Virus record (IMG/VR): IMGVR_UViG_3300037961_000972
Location: 1 to 26,541 of that record
Reading direction: 5' to 3' (one strand)
Length of the DNA stretch: 26,541 nt
From: a virus
Lineage: Duplodnaviria > Caudoviricetes
Shown here one piece after another: positions 1-7,272 of the stretch (positions are counted from its first letter, which is position 1; each line of letters starts with the position of its first letter). The notes under the pieces are model-generated. The model did not search any database, was not told the DNA's origin, and worked only from the letters and a program-made list of their open reading frames with translations. A program made the position numbers and the translations under genes.

Positions 1-4
1 GTAA

Positions 5-297
5 TGGTACAGCTAGACCGCCCGCCGTTCGTGCAACGAGAAACCTTTTCTCCGATTTGTACCAACTGTACCGCTTAGATCTGACATACTTTTTTAACCG
101 ACCGCGGACCGTGGTTCGTTTTTCTTGTTCTAATTTCCTATTTTAGTGGTACATCTGGTACAGATTCATGTCTATGCCCCTCCCAGAAAGGGATTCAGCC
201 TGTACCACTACTTTTTCGGTGCTGGTACAGATTTTCTTTTTTTCTATATTTATCAGCGACTTACAACTGTACCACTTGTTTCTTAGTTGTGGTACAG
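5..297. repeat. Cluster of nine TGGTACAG/CTGTACCA-type octamers in direct and inverted orientation (candidate origin or packaging iterons)
   Basis: Copies at 5-12, 57-64, 66-73, 147-154, 156-163, 200-207, 223-230, 267-274 and 290-297 (three with one mismatch), in non-coding DNA with T-tracts. Confidence 0.8.
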
Positions 298-301
298 CAA
301 A

Positions 302-326
302 GCTCGGGCTGGGAGCCCGAGTATAT
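302..326 (+). promoter_or_regulatory. GC hairpin + TATAT element, copy 1 (putative early promoter/operator)
   Basis: GCTCGGGCT-GGG-AGCCCGAG-TATAT upstream of the TAAGGAG SD of ORF 367; near-identical copy at 751. Confidence 0.55.
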
Positions 327-366
327 TGGATTGGGTGTTATTAATTCTATAAAATAAGGAGTAGAA

Positions 367-546
367 ATGAGTATTCAACAGAAACGTCAACCGTTGGACT
401 TTAATCAATCTAATGATTCTGGGTTGATTGAGTCTTTGTCTAGTTGTCCTGACCGTGAGTCGGTTCAATCAACTGTTCGTATTACAAATCTTTCATTGCA
501 AGATGAAGATGGTGTAATTTTAGAATTCAAATCATATAGCAATTAG
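367..546 (+). CDS. Hypothetical protein, 59 aa (not in the ORF track)
   Basis: TAAGGAG SD then ATG at 367; MSIQQKRQPLDFNQ...EFKSYSN; its stop overlaps the next SD. Confidence 0.7.
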   Translation: MSIQQKRQPLDFNQSNDSGLIESLSSCPDRESVQSTVRITNLSLQDEDGVILEFKSYSN

Positions 547-557
547 GAGAATTGATT

Positions 558-740
558 ATGAGTGAATTGTTTGCCTTTTTACTAGGCGGTGGAATCACAT
601 GGTTCTACTGCCTTTGTTCAACCCTCGATGACATAGATAACATGTCTGTATCAGACTTCAAAGCTCTTAAAAAAGACGTTAAACGTTTTGAAGAAGAGTA
701 CCAAGAAGCTATGTCTCAACCGTACACTACCCACGATTAG
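558..740 (+). CDS. Small hypothetical protein with N-terminal hydrophobic anchor
   Basis: AGGAG at 545-549, ATG at 558; LFAFLLGGGITWFYCLC then a charged helix. Confidence 0.65.
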   Translation: MSELFAFLLGGGITWFYCLCSTLDDIDNMSVSDFKALKKDVKRFEEEYQEAMSQPYTTHD

Positions 741-750
741 TGGGTTCTGT

Positions 751-775
751 GCGCGGGCTGGGAGCCCGCGTATAT
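751..775 (+). promoter_or_regulatory. GC hairpin + TATAT element, copy 2
   Basis: GCGCGGGCT-GGG-AGCCCGCG-TATAT; compensatory T-A to G-C change versus copy 1; upstream of the TAAGGAG SD of ORF 821. Confidence 0.55.
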
Positions 776-820
776 GAGTTTTAGTGTAGTTTTTCTTTTA
801 ACCTTAACTATAAGGAGTAA

Positions 821-1576
821 ATGTCTATGGCTAACGTAGATATATTTGACCCATCGGATCAAGAAATTGGTCCAGAACTAGTCCCAACCCAAGAAACACC
901 TGAATCTGCACACGTACCAGATACGAATGCTGATCCAGAGGGTGCTGAGGCTCGTGAAGCAAAACCCGATGTCGCTCTACCTGACTTCTTCTTTAAGAAG
1001 TACATGCTGGACGCCAACGGTAACCCAACTTTTACACCTTCGCTCATCGAAGGCGTCATGAACGTTTATGACGAGAAAGTTGATACGGAAATGATGTTCT
1101 CTGGCGAAGACATCACCAAAGAAGAAGCCTATTACGCTGAGCAAGTTCAAGCTTATGCTAACGGTTTGCTACCTTTGCTAGAGGTTGATCCTCAAACAAC
1201 TGGTATCTCAGTCTTACAACATCTGACTCGTACATTTGCAGAGTTTATCTCTGTCAACTATGAGTACTCCGATTCTATATCGGCGCTTACGATGACTGAC
1301 GATATTCCAACTTGGCTAACTGAACGCGAGGACAAAATGTTTGCTCTCGGTCGTAAGTTCAGATTATGCAGAGACGCCATCAACAGTCTCGATGACAAAT
1401 TCGGCTTGAAAGACACCTCACTAAAACGTGAACGAGTCCAAGCAGAAGTCGAGAGACGCATGCAACGTTTGGCAGAGTGGAACTTCAATCAACATGCTGA
1501 CACTTCTGGAAAAACAAACAACAGCATGAACAAGGCTACTGCTGACCATTGTAAGAAGATGGCTCAATCTGCCTAA
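821..1576 (+). CDS. Acidic hypothetical early protein, 251 aa
   Basis: Long ORF, strong TAAGGAG SD, acidic Pro-rich N-terminus, helical C-terminus; no motif recognised. Confidence 0.85.
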   Translation: MSMANVDIFDPSDQEIGPELVPTQETPESAHVPDTNADPEGAEAREAKPDVALPDFFFKKYMLDANGNPTFTPSLIEGVMNVYDEKVDTEMMFSGEDITKEEAYYAEQVQAYANGLLPLLEVDPQTTGISVLQHLTRTFAEFISVNYEYSDSISALTMTDDIPTWLTEREDKMFALGRKFRLCRDAINSLDDKFGLKDTSLKRERVQAEVERRMQRLAEWNFNQHADTSGKTNNSMNKATADHCKKMAQSA

Positions 1577-1584
1577 TTTGGAAA

Positions 1585-1649
1585 GTCCTGAGCATGACGC
1601 ATAGAGGTTTCTTCTAGTGATTCTCCCCTCTATGTCACAAAAACTGCTC
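1585..1649 (+). ncRNA. Candidate pseudoknotted structured RNA in the 3' UTR of ORF 821
   Basis: GTC/GAC stem with loop CT-GAGCA-T, inserted hairpin CATAGAGG/CCTCTATG, then AAAAAC-TGCTC complementary to GAGCA. Confidence 0.45.
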
Positions 1650-1713
1650 CTTCACCCTTATATCTTGGAATAGTCGGATATTTGACGAAGTAAACAGTGC
1701 AGGCTATTCATTG

Positions 1714-1755
1714 ACCCTGTATCTGACCTTAAAAAGTCGGGTACAGGGTTTTTTT
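1714..1755 (+). terminator. Rho-independent terminator
   Basis: ACCCTGTATCTGAC / GTCGGGTACAGGGT stem (two G-U pairs) followed by a T run. Confidence 0.85.
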
Positions 1756-1864
1756 ATGTTGGCAGTTAACATGTGCCGTTTGTGTACATGTGCCAGCTAA
1801 ATACTTAGTTCTAGTTAATCATTTGTATCCAGTTAATTTTGTGCTTTATTATTTAGGAGTAGAT

Positions 1865-2059
1865 ATGAAAAAAGTAAATTATGTACTTAGATTTTACAAA
1901 GCTGTTTTTCATCATTCAGCAGATCCTGACTTCAAAATCGAGATTGATTTCTTGGCACCTTATCCAAGGCAGCCTGATACTGATTATGAAAAGCTTGCAA
2001 TAGAAGCCTTTAACGAAGAAATACGAAAACGAATCATTAAAATAAGCATAGAGGAGTAG
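1865..2059 (+). CDS. Hypothetical protein, 64 aa
   Basis: AGGAG at 1855-1859 favours ATG 1865 over the GTG at 1790. Confidence 0.7.
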   Translation: MKKVNYVLRFYKAVFHHSADPDFKIEIDFLAPYPRQPDTDYEKLAIEAFNEEIRKRIIKISIEE

Positions 2060-2062
2060 AAT

Positions 2063-3079
2063 ATGCACACTATACGTCCAAAGCATCTTATCGAAGAGAT
2101 CAAAGAAAACATGTTTTGTGGTCTTAATACTATGATCTGGGGTGGTCCAGGCATTGGTAAATCTGAGATTCAAGATCAAATCGCTAAACAAACAAATCGA
2201 ACTCTACTCGATTTCCGAACAAACCTATTCGACCCAGTCGATGTGCGTGGTGTACCGTACGTGGCCCAGCAATCGTCTACTAAGAAACGGTTTACACGTT
2301 GGGCTGTGCCTGACGTCTTTCCTATCGCTGAACGAGATGGCGACAAAGGTATATTCTTGCTTGACGAATTACCTACAGCCCCGCCTGCCACTCAGAATGC
2401 GTTTCTCCAATTATTGATTACCCGTCAAGTTGGTGACTATAAGTTACCACAAGGGTGGTCTATTGTTGCTGCTGGTAACAGACTAACTGATGCCGCAGCT
2501 GTCTATCAAATGCCATCACCTGTAAGAAACCGCCTTTCACACTTTGAACTCGAACCACATATTGATGACTGGTGTGAATGGGCTAGTGCTAATGATGTTG
2601 ACCCTACATTGATTTCGTTCTTACGATATCGACCAGGGCTGCTGTATGACTTCAATGCAGAGAACTATGCTTTTCCTACTCCTCGTAGTTGGTCTTACGT
2701 TGACCGTAGGCTCAAAAGCCCGAATATCAATGAAGACACTTTGTTCTACGGAGTCTCTTCACTAGTCGGTGACGGTCCTGCAGGCGAATACATGGCTTTC
2801 AGACAAATCTATAGTTCCTTACCTGACATAGACGCGCTGATTGCTAATCCTGCAACGTACAAGAAGGATGACAATCCAGCCGTCTTGTATGCTCTTACAG
2901 GTGCTCTGGCAGCTCAAGCTTGTGTGAATAAAATCAAAAACATCATGCGAGTTGTAACTAAGCTACCTACTGAGTTTCAGGTAGTTGCTGTAAAGAGTTG
3001 TTTATCTACGGATAAAAAACTCATCTCTGACCCCGCGATGAAATCGTGGATTACTAATAATTCTAATGTACTTTTATAA
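2063..3079 (+). CDS. MoxR/AAA_5-like AAA+ ATPase
   Basis: Walker A GGPGIGKS, Walker B FLLDE, sensor-1 AAGN, Arg finger RNR, FPTPRSW motif; adjacent to a VWA partner. Confidence 0.92.
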   Translation: MHTIRPKHLIEEIKENMFCGLNTMIWGGPGIGKSEIQDQIAKQTNRTLLDFRTNLFDPVDVRGVPYVAQQSSTKKRFTRWAVPDVFPIAERDGDKGIFLLDELPTAPPATQNAFLQLLITRQVGDYKLPQGWSIVAAGNRLTDAAAVYQMPSPVRNRLSHFELEPHIDDWCEWASANDVDPTLISFLRYRPGLLYDFNAENYAFPTPRSWSYVDRRLKSPNINEDTLFYGVSSLVGDGPAGEYMAFRQIYSSLPDIDALIANPATYKKDDNPAVLYALTGALAAQACVNKIKNIMRVVTKLPTEFQVVAVKSCLSTDKKLISDPAMKSWITNNSNVLL

Positions 3080-3090
3080 AGGAGTGGAAT

Positions 3091-3906
3091 ATGGCTACAG
3101 TTAGAATGTCTCAACAACTAAAATATGATATCAAAAACAACTACAAATATGCGTTCAACAAAGTTAATCCGTTGTTGCAAGTAGGTGCTTATTCATCGCA
3201 ACCTAAAATTGACACCAATATTGGTGATGCTTTGTATGTTCAGTACTTTAAACCTTTGTACGACAAGTATCATCAGTTTTACATGGACCCTGTGTTTGCA
3301 AATGTACGTGATTTTGAGCAAATAAAAAATGCTAACGAGTTTGTAATTAAGTTACCTCTTTATGACGTCAGTTATGGTTTTGACAACCAACATCGTAACG
3401 AAGACGCTACTGAGTATTGTGGTACAGACCGAGCTGCACAGTTATCTAAAGACCCTCAAAACAACGTTCGACAGATTGTATTAGAGCCTGAGTCTAAAAC
3501 CGTAAAACTCTTTACTTCTTCAGAACGTCCTTTTGCTGTAGCTGGTCAAAGCTATGGTGGTTCTGAAATACATGACCTTCAATTTGCACAAACTGATGTA
3601 CAAAATTGTCCAAACTTGACTTCAGTGCAAGAAACAATGCTTGAGTTTTCTAAACTAACACTATTACGTGGTTTTGAAATAGCAAAACTTTCAATTTTAC
3701 TTGAGCAATTTACTACGCTAAATCAAGCACTTAAAGCTTGGGACGGGATACGTAATCTTGTCGACAGTGAGCGTCTTGCTAAAGTCAATGAGAAAGTGTA
3801 TCGCAAGCGTAAACAAGAAAAACAAAAACAAGCCGTTGATACTACAATGGATGACGTTGGTATCAATGACACTCTTCTAACTGCTTCTTTACTGGAGGAC
3901 GACTGA
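3091..3906 (+). CDS. Hypothetical protein, Nmad5-like (nucleotide-modification-associated domain 5)
   Basis: N-terminal VRMSQQLKYDI and C-terminal LLEQFTTLNQALKAWDGIRNLV recall the Nmad5 pattern; family call from memory only. Confidence 0.5.
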   Translation: MATVRMSQQLKYDIKNNYKYAFNKVNPLLQVGAYSSQPKIDTNIGDALYVQYFKPLYDKYHQFYMDPVFANVRDFEQIKNANEFVIKLPLYDVSYGFDNQHRNEDATEYCGTDRAAQLSKDPQNNVRQIVLEPESKTVKLFTSSERPFAVAGQSYGGSEIHDLQFAQTDVQNCPNLTSVQETMLEFSKLTLLRGFEIAKLSILLEQFTTLNQALKAWDGIRNLVDSERLAKVNEKVYRKRKQEKQKQAVDTTMDDVGINDTLLTASLLEDD

Positions 3907-5030
3907 TGTCTGAAGCAATGCAAGCTTATACCAAAGCACGGGCTGGTCTTATACTAGATCAGCCTTTCTTTGGCACTCTGTCTCTACGGCTAACACCCAT
4001 AGAGAATCCAGATGTGCCTACTGCCTGTACAGACGGCAAAGTAATTATGTTCAATCCTAAGTGGTTTCTTAAACTTAGTTCTATACAACGTATCGGTCTT
4101 ATTGCACACGAGGTAATGCACGTGGCTTTACTGCATATGCTTCGTAGACAGGAACGAGATCCAAAACGTTGGAACATCGCAGCTGACTATGTAATCAATC
4201 CAGCATTGAAACAATGCGGTATGGTTTTGCCTCATGGTGAGCTTGATGATCCACAATACCACGGTATGGAAACCGAACAAGTATACAATCTTCTTCCCGA
4301 AGACATAGGTCAAGATCCTATAAATGGTGTACTACTGATTGACGGTTCCGACCCTGGTGGTTGTGGTGAAGTAATCGACCACGGATCGGTGTCCGATGGC
4401 AAAGGTTCAGGTAAGTTTGAAGCTGAAATACAAATTGCTATCCAACAAGCTGCTGAAGTAGCTAAACGTGCAGGTAAATTGCCTGGTCAAATGCAAGAGC
4501 TTATTGAAAAAGTGCTCGCTCCTAAAATAGATTGGGCTATGGTTCTTGCTAGATTCTTACGTGCTAACAACAAATCAGACTTTACATGGATTAAACCTAA
4601 TCGTAGGTTTATTGCACAAGGTATGTACTTACCTTCTTTGCACAATCCTTGTTTGTCTGAGATTGCCATTATTACAGATACATCTGGATCTACTGATGAG
4701 TACAAAGAACAGTTTGTATCTGAAACATGTCATGTACTGCATGATCTTAACCCTGAACGTATACATTTTATTCAGTGCGATTATGAAGTGCAGGATTACC
4801 AACAATACACACGCGAAGACTTGCCACTTAAAATTACCCACAAAGGTGGTGGTGGTACTGCTTTTGAGCCTGCGTTTGAGTATATCAAACAGCACTGCCC
4901 TCAAATCACTGCAGCTGTGTATCTTACTGATCTAGAGTCAGATGATTTTGGTCCAGAACCTCCCTATCCAGTTCTTTGGGTGTCAACTAATTTAGAGGAA
5001 GCCCCTTATGGTGAAATTGTCAAAATGTAA
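3906..5030 (+). CDS. DUF2201-type metallopeptidase + VWA-like domain protein
   Basis: TACTDG, HEXXH (AHEVMH), WNIAADYVIN, MIDAS DTSGS, GGGGT, YLTD. Confidence 0.92.
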   Translation: MSEAMQAYTKARAGLILDQPFFGTLSLRLTPIENPDVPTACTDGKVIMFNPKWFLKLSSIQRIGLIAHEVMHVALLHMLRRQERDPKRWNIAADYVINPALKQCGMVLPHGELDDPQYHGMETEQVYNLLPEDIGQDPINGVLLIDGSDPGGCGEVIDHGSVSDGKGSGKFEAEIQIAIQQAAEVAKRAGKLPGQMQELIEKVLAPKIDWAMVLARFLRANNKSDFTWIKPNRRFIAQGMYLPSLHNPCLSEIAIITDTSGSTDEYKEQFVSETCHVLHDLNPERIHFIQCDYEVQDYQQYTREDLPLKITHKGGGGTAFEPAFEYIKQHCPQITAAVYLTDLESDDFGPEPPYPVLWVSTNLEEAPYGEIVKM

Positions 5031-5190
5031 GAAACTCCTGCATGAGTATAAAAATGCAATTTTGTGCGGTAGCATCGCTTTACTTGGTGCTCTCGCTTTG
5101 GTGTCTACTATACATCACGCTATTACTTTGTTTACTATTGTGTGTCTAGTAGGTGTTTGTTTCTATGTCTTATGGAGTAATTCAAAATGA
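5008..5190 (+). CDS. Small membrane protein (2 TM)
   Basis: Two hydrophobic stretches; GAGG upstream; ATGA coupling to the next ORF. Confidence 0.6.
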   Translation: MVKLSKCKKLLHEYKNAILCGSIALLGALALVSTIHHAITLFTIVCLVGVCFYVLWSNSK

Positions 5191-5336
5191 ACATTCTCAG
5201 TTCTGTTACAACTATTTTATGGATCCTTATTGAAGCAATTCAATTTGGTTATATGGCTTACTTAATGTGGAGGAATCGCAACAATGCTCTTAATCGGAAT
5301 ATTCAGCGCGTTCGGTCTGCTGCTGCTTGCGCTTAA
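5187..5336 (+). CDS. Small membrane peptide, 49 aa (not in the ORF track)
   Basis: GGAG at 5174-5177, ATG 5187; MNILSSVTTILWILIEAIQFGYMAYLMWRNR... Confidence 0.55.
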   Translation: MNILSSVTTILWILIEAIQFGYMAYLMWRNRNNALNRNIQRVRSAAACA

Positions 5337-5607
5337 AATCGGCGGTCGCAAAGCTATCGGTCACGATATTTTTGTCGACATTCTTATCACTCTTACCCTG
5401 ATGGTCTCATTCTATGGGACTTTCAGCGGTATGGCTGCTGCTATGGTTGGTGGTTTATGTGCTTCTATTGTTTTGTTTATTATGAAGAAAACAATGGTGC
5501 ACGAGAAAATGTCCATCAAATCTAAGCCAGTCAAAATGTACAAACTTAATTTTTCTAAACCAACTGTGCAGTGGGAAGAGTATCAACCTGATTGGACAAA
5601 GGAGTAA
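5284..5607 (+). CDS. Membrane protein (about 3 TM)
   Basis: GGAGG SD; three hydrophobic segments and a basic tail. Confidence 0.75.
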   Translation: MLLIGIFSAFGLLLLALKIGGRKAIGHDIFVDILITLTLMVSFYGTFSGMAAAMVGGLCASIVLFIMKKTMVHEKMSIKSKPVKMYKLNFSKPTVQWEEYQPDWTKE

Positions 5608-5610
5608 AAA

Positions 5611-5826
5611 ATGAAAAAGAAACAACCTAAACATATTATGTTAAATTTAGGAAGAGCTGACTCACCAGCTGTACAAGAAGCACTAGCAACTTTTGAAGGA
5701 GTCCAAAAAGAACTTCAAAAAAGAACTCATTTAAGAGTTACTAGAGCACATGCTATACAAGTATTAATTAAACATTGGGAACAAACTAAAGGAGATGACT
5801 ATGGGATTCGATATCTATGGATCTAA
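5611..5826 (+). CDS. Hypothetical protein, possibly small DNA-binding
   Basis: AAGGAG SD, basic helical sequence. Confidence 0.65.
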   Translation: MKKKQPKHIMLNLGRADSPAVQEALATFEGVQKELQKRTHLRVTRAHAIQVLIKHWEQTKGDDYGIRYLWI

Positions 5827-6358
5827 CCCAGACCTAAAATACGAACGTCCTACTATAGATTGGGATTCAAAGCCAACAGATGAAGAAAAGGACAAGTATT
5901 TCAAAGCTACAGACCAATTTGAACAAGACCATCCAGGTTACTACTTTCGTAACAACGTATGGTATTGGCGCCCTTTATGGCATTACATATGCGAAGCTGT
6001 AGCGCCTAAAATTCTATCTGAAGATGATAAAAATGGTGGCACTTACAACGATGGCCATCATATAAATGCAGTTAAAGCACACTATATTGCAGATAAAATT
6101 CAACAACTTGATGAGTCAGGAGAGCTAGACGATTATGCAAAGAAGTTTGAGGAAGCTAGAAAAGCTCTACCTAAAATCACTTGCGAACATTGTGGTGGTA
6201 AAGGTGAACGAAATGACCAGTATGTAAAAGGTAAATGTAACGCTTGTGATGGCTCAGGTAAAGCTGACCATATGGGTTCACATTATCCTTTTGATGCTGA
6301 CAATGTACGTGAGTTTGGTAAATTTTGCCGTGCTTCAGGCGGCTTTGAGGTACGTTGA
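5801..6358 (+). CDS. Hypothetical protein with DnaJ-type CxxCxGxG zinc finger
   Basis: CEHCGGKG and CNACDGSG; YFRNNVWYWRPLW; SD spacing favours ATG 5801. Confidence 0.8.
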   Translation: MGFDIYGSNPDLKYERPTIDWDSKPTDEEKDKYFKATDQFEQDHPGYYFRNNVWYWRPLWHYICEAVAPKILSEDDKNGGTYNDGHHINAVKAHYIADKIQQLDESGELDDYAKKFEEARKALPKITCEHCGGKGERNDQYVKGKCNACDGSGKADHMGSHYPFDADNVREFGKFCRASGGFEVR

Positions 6359-6359
6359 T

Positions 6360-6563
6360 ATGGTTTTTTTAGATTTTGAATACAAAGAAATCGTTAGAGC
6401 CAACAACGGTTCGTCTAGACTTATAATCATTGGCTATATAGAAAAATGCCGTAGTGGTTATTTTTTTAGACCAAAAGGTAAAAAGTATACGGATTTGGAA
6501 AAAACAAAAAGATTTAAAACTCCAAGTCAAGTTAAAGCTTATATTAGAAAACATTATAATTAA
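6360..6563 (+). CDS. Hypothetical basic protein, 67 aa
   Basis: GAGG at 6347-6350 and ATG 6360 right after the previous stop. Confidence 0.6.
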   Translation: MVFLDFEYKEIVRANNGSSRLIIIGYIEKCRSGYFFRPKGKKYTDLEKTKRFKTPSQVKAYIRKHYN

Positions 6564-6567
6564 TTAT

Positions 6568-6682
6568 TTTGCATTACAAACTTTGGCCCAGCCGATGCGT
6601 AATGTACTGCGTACATTACCCATCTCCGTTTCCCTCGCCCACGGGGCTCGGAAAACTGCTCGCCAAAGATTCGTAATGCAAA
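6568..6682 (-). other. Y-shaped secondary-structure element (long closing stem plus two arms)
   Basis: TTTGCATTAC..CTTTGGC / GCCAAAG..GTAATGCAAA closing stem; arm GTAATGTAC-tgc-GTACATTAC; arm TTTCC..GCCC-acg-GGGC..GGAAA; mismatches become G-T and tandem G-A on the minus strand. Confidence 0.75.
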
Positions 6683-6691
6683 GGAGATAAA

Positions 6692-6985
6692 ATGAAGACC
6701 AATATATCTATAGAATTAACTGACGAAGAACGTCTTAACTTAGGTCAAAAATATAATAATACTAACAATAAAAAATTACTTACTCGCAGTGAGCTCAATG
6801 ATATTGTGCAAAATTATGTTAGAGCTTTATTAGATTTTGATGGTACAGTTAAACAAGCTTCAGATGAGTTTATTAAGTATAAACCTAAAATTATTTATTA
6901 CCATAATGGTAGAAAAATACCTAAAAGTGAATGGGACTTAGTGCCAGATGGACCGAGAAAATTTTATGGTATTAGCCAAACATAG
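6692..6985 (+). CDS. Hypothetical protein, 97 aa
   Basis: AAGGAG SD, ATG 6692. Confidence 0.75.
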   Translation: MKTNISIELTDEERLNLGQKYNNTNNKKLLTRSELNDIVQNYVRALLDFDGTVKQASDEFIKYKPKIIYYHNGRKIPKSEWDLVPDGPRKFYGISQT

Positions 6986-6987
6986 AA

Positions 6988-7269
6988 GCCACGCGGTTTA
7001 TTCATGCCGTATTTCCGCAAGCTTGGTGCACTTGTGTGGCCAAACGCACTATAATAGTCACAAGGTTTTAATTTTCGTACCTTATTGAGCAAGCGTGGTT
7101 CACTTGTGTGACGAAACGAACCTATATACCTTAAGTCACAGGTTTTTTTATTTGTAACCTCATGGCAAGCGTGGTTCACTTGTGTGACGAAACGAACCTT
7201 ATTGAATTCCTTGCAGGATAGGGGGTTACACCAAAATCTCGGTAGACTAGCGTGTGTAATCATATAGTC
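6988..7269 (+). ncRNA. Tandem array of structured RNA units (three-way junction + pseudoknot): 3 clear, 1 degenerate
   Basis: 35-nt core GCAAGCGTGGTTCACTTGTGTGACGAAACGAACCT identical at 7089 and 7165, variant at 7017 with compensatory changes in two helices. Confidence 0.7.
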
Positions 7270-7272
7270 AAA

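Noticed and set aside
283-468. 61-aa minus-strand ORF
   Set aside because: Antisense to the SD-supported plus ORF 367-546
1601-1646. preQ1-I riboswitch resemblance (AGAGG..CTAG..CCTCTAT..AAAAACT)
   Set aside because: Loop is too long, the A-tract is displaced by GTCAC, it lies in a 3' UTR and no queuosine gene follows; a cmscan would settle it
6454-6690. 78-aa plus-strand ORF across the Y-shaped element
   Set aside because: Overlaps the better supported 6360-6563 gene and runs through a structured intergenic element
7017-7199. CRISPR mini-array reading of the 35-nt repeats, with the Cas4-like gene as partner
   Set aside because: The intervening segments are not unique spacers: they share GTCAC-AGGT..ACCT and pair with the repeat. 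No cas operon is present, and Cas4-like nucleases are routine in phage replication modules.
7105-7200. Hammerhead ribozyme suggested by GAC-GAAAC
   Set aside because: No CUGANGA core before the matching stem
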